DNA of 64,000 nt from Octopus vulgaris (lineage: Eukaryota), in contig OX597823.1 of assembly GCA_951406725.2 (NCBI GenBank), forward strand, positions 62,930,001-62,994,000. Direction: 5' to 3'. Positions 53,563 to 64,000 of this stretch are shown here, piece after piece (position 1 is the stretch's first letter; every line of letters begins with the position of its first letter). The notes beneath the pieces were generated by a model. That model ran no database searches. It was not told where the DNA came from and saw only the letters and a program-made list of their open reading frames with translations. Made by a program: the position numbers and the translations under genes.

Positions 53563-56500
53563 GACCGTTTTTTTTTTTTTTTTTTTTTTTTCCGGACACA
53601 CCACCCACACACACCCACCCACCTACCTCCCACCCACCTACCTACCTCCCACACGCCTGTTCACACACACACATACGTAGACCTATCTACGTACATACAT
53701 TCACACATTTAATCACACACACTTACAGACACACATGCACATACACACACACATACATACACACACGCATACATACTTACACACACACACACACACAGAC
53801 ATACATACACACATACACACACACATACATACGCACATACATACACACACACTCACACACACACACCGCACGTACATACCTCACACACACACACATGCAC
53901 ACATACATGTAGGCACATACATACATACATACCCACACATGCACACCCGTACACTGAATGCACACACACATACACCTTTTTGCATCCAGGCAGCCCCCCT
54001 CTTTTCTGCTTTCCGGTTTTGGCTGATGGATCCTCGGTTCCCGCGTAGCGGGGCGTTCGAGGGCCTTTGCGCTCGCGCGCCTTGGCGCGCGCTGGGGGCT
54101 CGGTCGGCCCCTTTGGGCTTGCGTTGCACTGCTTGTGCGTTGTGTGCGTGAGCGCGCTTCGTGTGTGTGGGCTTGCTTCGGATGTGCGCTTGCGTATGTT
54201 TGCATACATACCCACACACTCGCATGCATCCCTACCCACATACATACACGCACACCTACTCACACACACACATACACACACACACATACCCGCACACACA
54301 CACACATACATACATACACACACATACCCACTTCAGACATACACACACACAGACATACACCCATACACCCACACTCACACGCATACACACACACACATAC
54401 ACACGCACACGTACACATACACACACACACACACCCACATACATACATTACACTTGTATACGCACACACTTACATTCATACACACACACACCTACACAGC
54501 CATACCCTCACTCAGACACACACATCTACCTACACACACACAAACACACACTGACACACACCCATACATAGATACATCTACACACTCACGCCTACACACA
54601 TACATACACACATACATAAACACACACACATACACATACACACACATACGCACACACGCATATACTTATACACATGCACACACACACACATACATACACC
54701 CATATACATACACACACACATACCTACATACTCCTATACGCACATACATACACACAGACATACACACATACACACTCACACAAACATACACACACACATA
54801 CTTACACACACACTCACCTGCACGCGCACACACATGCATGACAAACACTCATACACTCACACTCACATACGCACACACCAACATAAACACGCACACGCAC
54901 ACACACACCTACACTCCCACACACATACACACGCACCTACATACACACACGCACGCATACACACGCATACACACATACATTACACACGTACACACACACC
55001 TACATACACATGCACACACACACACACACAAACATGCACGGACACACCCAGACATACATACATACACCTATATACACACGCCTACACACCTACATACACA
55101 CACATATACACACGCCCACACAGCTACATACATACACATACATACACACATACACGGACACACCCATACATACTTACATACATACACCTATACACACACG
55201 CCTACACACCTACACACACACATGCACACACACACACATGTACGCACATACACACACATATACGCACACACATATATACCCACACACATGCACACACACA
55301 CACATACGCACATACATGCACGCATGCACACGCGCACACCTACACGCATACACACACACACACGCACGTACACATACATACATACACACACGCATACATA
55401 CACCCATACACATACATGCATCCTACACACACATACATACACACTCACACATACATACACACACACGCACTCACTCACACACCTGTATGTTCGCGCACAC
55501 ACATGCACATACACACACTTCCCCACACCCACACGTACATACATACACACTCATACACACATACACACACACACACACACACGGACATACATCTATGCAC
55601 ACACATATATACACACATACTCACATACATTCATCGGACACACTGCCACCCAGACATACACACAGACACACTCACACATCCACACGCACACATACGTACG
55701 CGCACACTCGCAGGCTCGCGCACACACGCGTTTGCGCCGGTTCGCGCACGCATGCGCCCGCATGCACCTCGCCCTTGGACCCGACGAGACCTCCCGCCCG
55801 TTCCTGGGATGTCGCTTGTCGTTGGGTTTTCCCACGCCCGTCTCCGCGGGACCACTCTTCCATCTTCCCCTCCGCTGGAGTCCTTTTCCTAACCCCCCTT
55901 TTTTTCGTTACACACACGCGCACACATATACACACATTGCTTAAACATATACATCACTCTTACACACATTCAATCTACTCGCCACTAATACTACCACGAC
56001 ACTGGACACACACACACACTACTACTCAACACACGCTGGCACGCTACATACGCCCCCACTCCTTCCCCTCCCTCCCTTCCTCCTTCCTCCCTTTTCTCAC
56101 TACTGACCTTTGTCTGCTATGCTGCTGCTATGCTGACCACCGTCTCGCCCTACCTCACACGCCTACACACAGACGCACACACTAACACATACATATATTT
56201 TTTGTTTTTTTACCTCGCCTCACACACACACATACACACACGCACACGCACACACTCACACATACACACACATCTGTTGCGTTACCAACCTTGTCTCCAC
56301 TCTTTTGCCTTTAAAAACCCACTTTGCTCTTGTTATCGTAAACATCCGCCTTTCACCATGTGCTACTGCTAACACCAGCCGTTTTTTTCTCTATCTCCGT
56401 TGCCCGCTCCGGGATCTTTCTTTCCTCTCTCTTCCTTCTTTATGTTTCCGACGAAGAGCTCCGCTCGAAACGTCATACCTCCCTGCTTCCATTTCCTGAG

Positions 56501-56570
56501 CGCCTATTAATAATAATACTGTAATTGTTCCCTTGTTGTTGTTTTTTGTTTCCCGTTTGGATTAAAATTA
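52367..56570 (+). mobile_element. 5'-truncated PLE with ~2.9-kb CA-rich 3' region and terminal hammerhead (56444-56478), (TA)n on both sides
   Basis: begins right after (TA)n; ends gtttggattaaaat|tatata like the short copies; that it is one continuous element is inferred. Confidence 0.65.
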
Positions 56571-56574
56571 TATA

Positions 56575-56606
<32 letters not shown>

Positions 56607-57073
56607 CATACATATATACATACATACACATATACATATATGTATACACATATATATATTATGGATATTATCCTTTTCCAAGTAAGCTTTATCTATCTAT
56701 CTATACACACACACACACACGCACACACACGCACACACACGCACATATATATATATAGTGGTGAACTCTGCTGTCGTAAACGGCAGATGTAGGTTCTGCA
56801 GTTTCTTGCGGACCAACCTGCACAAATAATTTGTTTACAGTAATTAAACGCTTATGCTGCATATTGGCTCAATCCCCCCGTTAGATCGACATTATCCCTT
56901 ACGGGGGCGCTGTGTACCTCACGTCAGATATTGAAGTGATGACAGAGCAACGGGAAACGCAATGCTTTGCTCAAGAACATGACATTACCTGGTCCGGGAA
57001 TGGAAACCACGGTCTTGCGATCGTGAGTGCAACTCCTTAAACAAAAGGCTATCATACACGCACAAACGCGCAC

Positions 57074-57138
<65 letters not shown>

Positions 57139-57216
57139 GTACACACGTATGTGTGCATGCATGCATGTATGTATGTATATATATACGCACACACAAACAT
57201 ACACTCACGCACACAT

Positions 57217-57278
<62 letters not shown>

Positions 57279-57279
<1 letters not shown>

Positions 57280-57620
57280 AACATTATCGACGTGCATACT
57301 CATTGTATGTGCTTTGCTCGTTCGCCAGTACGCTGCGGCATAGCACTGAGGGTTTGGCTCCCTCAAAGCACTGAGTGTTAAAACACCTGAAAGTCGTAGA
57401 CAGGCGAGACAATTCACCTCTAATCCCACTCAGGATCAATGAATACTGATATTTCGCCGCTCCTGAATGGGATTAGGGATGAATTGTCTCGCCTGTTTAT
57501 GACTATCAGGTGTTTTAACACCCACCGCTTTGTAGGAGTCATCCCTGTCGCGCTACATTCGCAGCATACCGGTGAAAAAACGAAAAAAGCTATATTGAGT
57601 ATGTACGGTCGATAACGTTT
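57279..57620. repeat. imperfect inverted repeat (~157-bp arms, 25-bp spacer) starting at a (TA)n junction
   Basis: gtgttaaaacacctga...acaggcgagacaattca / tgaattgtctcgcctgt...tcaggtgttttaacac. Confidence 0.85.
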
Positions 57621-57730
57621 ACAAAATTAGCGCTGCTTCTAATTTCTAATTGAATATGTGTGTAGGTATGTGTGTATGCGCGTGTGCCTGTGTGTGCATG
57701 CGTATCTATATATGTATATATGTATGTGTG

Positions 57731-57774
<44 letters not shown>

Positions 57775-57775
<1 letters not shown>

Positions 57776-58519
57776 TAGCAGTACCGCCCGGCGTTGCTCG
57801 GGTTTGTAAGGGAAATAACTATAAAGCATTTTTAGAGAGTTATAGCTAAAAAATGGGGAAAAAATTATGGTAAATTTTTTTAGTTAAAAAGGTCGAGTTG
57901 CGTCCCCTAGACAGTCTGTGGTTTGTGTTTCTAATTCTCGACCCCATGTCGAATTTATCGATTTTTTTTCAGAACTGGGGGAACTTTTCAAAATTTTCGC
58001 TGCGTTAGTTTTGAATTATGACATTGGGCTATGTGTGTGTCAAGTTTCATCAGAATCGGTTGAAAGCCGTGGTCAGGGTGAGGGTACAACCTAACAGACA
58101 CACAGAAACACACACAGACAAACTGCCGTTTATATATAGACTAGCAGTATCGCCCGGCGTTGCTCAGGTTTGTAAGTGAAATAACTATAAAGCATTTTTA
58201 GAGAGTTATAGCCAAAAAATTGCAAAAAAATGGAAAAAAATGATGGTAAATTTTTTTTTTAGTTAAAAAAGGTGGAGTTGCGTCCCCTAGACAATTTGCG
58301 GTTTGTGTTTCTGATTCTCGACCCCATGTCGAATTTATCGATATTTTTCAGAACTGGGGGAACTTTTAAAAATTTTCGCTGCGTTTGTTTTGAATTATGA
58401 CATTGGGCTATGTGTGTGTCAAGTTTCATCAGAATCGGTTGAAAGCCGTGGTCAGGGTGAGGGTACAAGCAAACAGACACACAGAAACACGCACAGACAA
58501 ACTGCCGTTTATATATAGA
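57775..58519 (-). mobile_element. head-to-tail dimer of a non-autonomous Helitron-like element
   Basis: units 57775-58140 and 58141-58519; minus-strand junction ...ctgCTAG|TCtatatata; subterminal hairpin. Confidence 0.8.
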
Positions 58520-58955
58520 GAGATAGAAGATATATGTATACATACACACGCTACTTTATGTATAAATAGTGAATATACTTAAAACATGTTATTATGTTAC
58601 AAAATTAATGTTGTGCCAATACAACTAAATAGTGATTATATATTTCTTTTATAGCAAAAGATATGACTATCTGTACCAGTTTGGCTTCAGCTTTAAAATG
58701 AATCATCATTTTGTAACAAGCAAACACGTGTAAATAACAAAATTATCCATTATATAAAGTTTTTCAATTATATAATTCATGTATGTAAATATATATATAT
58801 ACGTTGTCATGTATGTAAATATATATATATACGCTGACGGAGATTAGTTTAGTTTATATAGTACTTCAGGAAAAAATTTAATGCGAGAAATGGATATACC
58901 ACTATCAAAACACAACCCAAACATGTGTGTGCTGTTGCAGGAGCCCGTCGTATGT

Positions 58956-58995
<40 letters not shown>

Positions 58996-59234
58996 ACATA
59001 TATATATATATATTACCCATTTATTTGTTTCAGTTATTTAACTGCGGCCATGCTGGAGCACCGCCTTTAGTCGAACAAATCGGCCCCAGGACTTATTCTT
59101 AGCCTAGTACTTATTCTATCGGTCTCTTTTGCCGAACCGCTAATTTACGGGGACGTAAACACACCAGCATCGGTTGTCAAGAGATGGTGGAGTGACAAAC
59201 GGACACAGATATATAATGTGTATATATGCATATA

Positions 59235-60389
59235 TAGGGGTTGGACAAAATATTGGAAACACCTTAAATTTTAAACAAATTTATTTCAATATGGGGTGGG
59301 ACCGCCTTTGGCAGTAATTACAGCTTGAATTCTATGAGGTATGGACTCGTGCAATGTTTGAATTGTTTCCAAAGGAATTTTTTCCCACTCTTCAGCTAAA
59401 ACAGTCTCCAGATCTTGTAGTAATGATGATGGAGGCTATCGACTCTTTGCTTGTTTTTCTAAAATGCACCATAAATGTTCGATAATATTGAGAACTGGGG
59501 ACTGTGATGGCCAGATAAGATGTTCAGCTTCACTAGAATGTTCCTCATGCCATTCAATAACAACTTTAGCTGTGTGAATTGGTGCATTATCATCCTGAAA
59601 GATTGTTTTCTCTCCGAAAATAGTTCCGCAACCATAAGATGAATTTGATCAGATAAAATGCTTAAATAGTCTTGACTATTAATTCTGCCATGATGGGAAA
59701 CCATTGGGCCGGTGGATTTCCAAGATATAACCCCACCCCGATCATCACATATCTTCCTCCATGTTTCACAGTTAGAAGAAGGCAGTCTGGATCAAATGCT
59801 TTGTTTTTGGGTCTCTCCAGATGTATACTCGGCCAGTTGTTGGAAAAAAGTAAAGGATGACTTGTCTGAGAAAATAAAATTCGTCCACTGCTCTATGGAC
59901 CAATTCTCCAGGTTTTTACTCCACTCTAAGCGCTTTGCAACGTTTGCTTTTCAAAGTAGTGTTTTTCTGATTGCAGCCTTCCCGTGAAATCCGGTTTTGT
60001 GTAGCTCCCGGCGAATAGTTTTTGTGGATACTGGGTTATCGAGGTGGTCGTTAAGCTCTGCAGTAATTTTGGGAGCTGTACTTTTGTGATCCTTTCTAAC
60101 AATTCGCGTAAGAGTCCGACGATCCCTATCTTAAAGTTTTGGTTTTCTTCCGGAGTTTTGTTTGGCGAGGAGGTTTTTCCCTCTTTCTCATAGGTTGTCA
60201 TTACTTTCGAGACAGTACTTCTTGACACACCAAACATTTCGGCTGTTTTCGTTACGCTAGCGCTTGTCATACGAACACCAACAATTTGACCTCTTTGAAA
60301 GTCCGATAGAATTTTAATTAACTTTTTCTGATGATATTTGAAAAGAAACAGCAATTTTAGGTATTTTCATTATTTTGTCCCAACTCCTG
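59235..60389 (-). mobile_element. Tc1 (DD34E-type) transposon, full length, decayed
   Basis: TIRs aggggttggacaaaata / tattttgtcccaactcctg|TA; LSDFQRGQIVG..TAEMFGVSRSTVSKV, QDDNAPIH, WPSQSPVLNIIEHLW. Confidence 0.85.
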
Positions 60390-60696
60390 TATATATATAT
60401 ATTATTTATATTAACACGTGATTGGACGCCACGCATCCATTTCCAAGTAAGATTACTATATATTCAGTAATCTTTTTTGCTAGTCTATTTTGTCCCTCTG
60501 TCTTATCTCATGGAGCGATATGAACATTTAACGTGGTTTTTAGAGTCAGGGATTTGACTGCTATTTCGACATGGTGGTGTCTCTCAGACACCCTTATTTT
60601 TAGTTGTAAAACATTATTACCTTTGTATGGTATTTTTCCCATGCTGTCCACTTGATAATATCGATATCTAAATATCGATATTATCCGTATTTATAA

Positions 60697-60770
<74 letters not shown>

Positions 60771-61607
60771 GTATGTACGTATTTGGAGTGTGGTGGTGTA
60801 CCAGTTGTTTTGAGAGACAACGGAAACTCTACATGATAAAGATCAAAGGTGATCGAGCAACTATTGATAAATCATAATAAAAATTACAATGAATAACAAT
60901 AAACAAAATCAATAAGTACCATCGCCACCACCACCACTACCAACACCACCGTTGCCGCTACGGCCATCGTCACGCCATCACCACCGTTACCACCTCCGCC
61001 TCCACGAAAATCATTGATTACAACAACGACAAACAATCCCACATTCAAAAGTGCGTATATATCAATTATACGTCAGAACACGTCAGATGTCTTTTGTATT
61101 GTTGTACCGGTTCCATAAAGTTGATTCTTATTTGTAAACTACTAATGACAGTGACAATGACTTTTTGAATAGGCACAAGGCACAATCTCTAGTGAGAATA
61201 ATAAAGTCGGTTACGTCACCCCCATTACTAGAATGGCATTTTAATTTAACGACCACGCGAAGATGAAGGGCAAGAATAGACATCGGTAGGATTTTAATTC
61301 AGAACATAAAGAAGTGCAACAAAATATTGGATTTCCGTTTGTCCGACGCTCTGGCGATTCTGCTTATCTATCGCATTGAAAGAAATAATTCTTTAATGGC
61401 ATTACTTTCAGGTTTTGGTACAAGGGCGAAGCCAGCAATTTTAAGGGTGAGGAAGTCGATTAGATCGACTCCAGTGCTCAAAGAGATGATTGCATTGTTT
61501 TACATCATATTATTCCCTCCGGAATAATATTAATCAATGTTTTCTTCGAAACATATGTCGGAAGTATAAAGATTAGAATAACACCTGCGTTTAACTCCAT
61601 TTCTTAA

Positions 61608-61653
<46 letters not shown>

Positions 61654-61656
<3 letters not shown>

Positions 61657-61770
61657 AATTCAAATAAACGAGTAAAAGAAACAGACAACAAGAGGACGTG
61701 TACAAGAAATGCATTAGCTTGACGTTCGGTGAAAAAAGAGAGTTTGACGTTTCGAGCGTAGCTTTTCATC
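61654..61770 (-). mobile_element. PLE 3' end truncated inside its hammerhead, ending in (TA)n
   Basis: minus strand GATGA-a-aagc-tac-gctc-GAA-ACGT-C-aaac. Confidence 0.6.
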
Positions 61771-62546
61771 TCTTTGTGTGTATGTGTCTTTGCATCTATG
61801 TTTGTTCCGCACTGCATAGTTTGGCATTGGTTTTGATTTGTTTGCATCCCCGTAAGTTAGCGGTTTGCCAAAAGAGACCAATACAATATGTACCAGACTT
61901 TAAAATAAACAAGTACTGGGGCAATTTGTTCGATTGCACTCTTTAAAGTAGTGCCCCGTATGGCCGCAGTCCAATGAGTGAGACAAGTAAAAGATAAAAA
62001 TACTATTACTATAGGCGCAGACATGGCTGTGTGGCTAAAAAGTTCGCATTGAAGCCATGTGGATTCGAGTTCAATACCACTGTACCTTGAGCAAGTATCG
62101 TCTCCTATAGCCCCGAGTCGACCAAAGCCTTGTGAGTAGATTTGGTTGGCAGGAACTGTTTGGTAGCCTGCCGTATGTATGTGTGTGTGTGTGTCTGTGT
62201 TTGCATCCCACCGCTAAAAAAATCTGTGAGCGAAACTGAAGAGATCCCATTCTAAAAGTTAGAGCAGTAATGTATTTACACGTGGTTAATAGTGTAATAT
62301 ATAATATTTTTTGTCTACAAATTAACTGACCGTAACAGTTTTCTGTCTCCAGTTTCAAGAGAGGTTATATGCTCCCGGCCATTGGAGTTCGATAAGTCGT
62401 CTATAAGAGTAAACACTTTATGGATGCGAAACCATTGGTCACTCTATGTCCAGCCATATAATTAACCACCTACAAACACACACACACAACCATGGCCGCA
62501 GCTAACGGCGGTGCAATTAGCATGGCCGCATCTCTGAGCTGCAACG

Positions 62547-62616
<70 letters not shown>

Positions 62617-63001
62617 TGGCGTAGTTGTGTGATAAGAAGTTTGCTTCGCAACCATATTGTTCCATGTTCGGTCCTGCTGCGAGCACTTTGTGCAGGTGTC
62701 TTCTACTATAGCCTTGGGCCGACCAGAGCCTTGTGAGAGGATTTGGTTGAAAGAAACTAAAAGAATCCCGTCGTATGTGCGTGTGTGTGTGTTTAAGGCC
62801 CCGTCAGGTAGTGGTTCGGCAAAAGAAACCGATAGAATAAATACTAGGCTTAAAACAATAAGTACTGGGATCGATTCGTTCAACTAAAATTCTTCAAAGC
62901 TATATATATATATACATATGTATATATATACATATGTATATATATACATATATGTATATATATACATATGTATATATATACACATATGTATATATATATA
63001 C

Positions 63002-63037
<36 letters not shown>

Positions 63038-63560
63038 TATATATATATATATATTGTTTATATATATATATAAACAATTTCACATTAAATTCAAGGATTG
63101 CACAATACTTTTTTGCGGAGTATATATTCATTAAATTTAACAAGGAAATGGTTGAGATTGGAACATCGAAGTTTCAGTTTGCTCGCCTCCTATCTTCCTT
63201 TGTTCTCCTCTTACTATACAACTACTTACGCTCTCTACCTATACCATGCGTAATTGTCATTATCATTACACCACCTAGCAAAAAAAAAAAAAATAAATAA
63301 ATATAAAAAAAAAACTTACTGAAAACAATATCAAACCAAAAAGAAAAGAAAAACTTGACGATCGGATGAAAGCGAGCAAGCTGAAGCCTCGAACTCACTG
63401 TCACCTTTTTGCTATTATCATTCTTCTTTTGTTGTTGTAAAAGCTAATAAACAAGGCCTGGTTATGCAGTAAGAAGTTTACTTTCCAACCACATGGTTCC
63501 GAGTTCAGTACCCCAACGTGGTACCTTGAACAAGTGGATTTGATAGACTGAAACTATGTA

Positions 63561-63797
63561 TAAGGCGGCGAGATGGCAGAAACGTTAGCGCGTCGGGCGA
63601 AATGCTTAGCGGTATTTCGTCTGCCGCTACGTTCTGAGTTCAAATTCCGCCGAGGTCGACTTTGCTTTTCATCCTTTCGGGGTCGAAAAATTAAGTACCA
63701 GTTACGCACTGGGGTCAATATAATCGACTTAATCTCTTTGTCTCTCCTTGTTTGTCCCCTCTACGTTTAGCCCCTTGTGGGCAATAAAGAAATAGGA
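63561..63797 (+). mobile_element. Nin/Deu-domain tRNA SINE, full length
   Basis: family motifs as at 1841-2072. Confidence 0.85.
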
Positions 63798-64000
63798 AAC
63801 TGTATATGTATGTGAGTGTGTATGTGTGTGTGTGCGCGCGCGCGCGCGCGCGTGTGTGTTTTGTCCCCCACCACCGCTTGACAACTGGTGCTGATGTATT
63901 TGCCTTCCCATAACCTAGCGGTTCGGCTAAGACGGAGTAAGTACCAGCCTTTAAAAAATAATTACTGGGGTCAAGTCATTCGACAAAGGGATTCTTCAAG

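Noticed and set aside
54067-56185. Long His/Thr-rich ORFs (625, 391, 352 aa)
   Set aside because: Stop-free because CA-rich sequence rarely makes stops; all three frames are open; no domain.

Overview
Repeat-saturated, AT-rich eukaryotic DNA with no recognisable functional host exon (intergenic or inside a very large intron). The SINE families and the density of (TA)n/(TATG)n/(CA)n/(TAA)n microsatellites point to an octopus/coleoid cephalopod genome; this is an inference. Nearly all ORFs in the supplied track are microsatellite artefacts. Real coding signal comes from mobile elements plus one host-gene fragment: a CR1-group LINE with an uninterrupted 986-aa APE+RT ORF, a Neptune-like Penelope element (RT+GIY-YIG), a second Penelope-type endonuclease tail, several R4/Dong-like and Tx1-like LINE fragments, Tc1/mariner fossils, Helitron-like elements, MITEs, and a truncated RPS21 copy. 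The main signal is about a dozen type I hammerhead-ribozyme motifs from at least six unrelated sequence families. Most lie 50-170 nt upstream of a (TA)n junction. They include two complete motifs (45.7 kb, 47.6 kb) and a tandem triplet (10.8-11.1 kb). (TA)n arrays also host fold-back cassettes and an RPS21 fragment capped by a perfect 86-bp palindrome. I infer a microsatellite-targeted, ribozyme-associated retrotransposition system that may also capture host RNA. All RNA folds were derived by eye; no searches were run.
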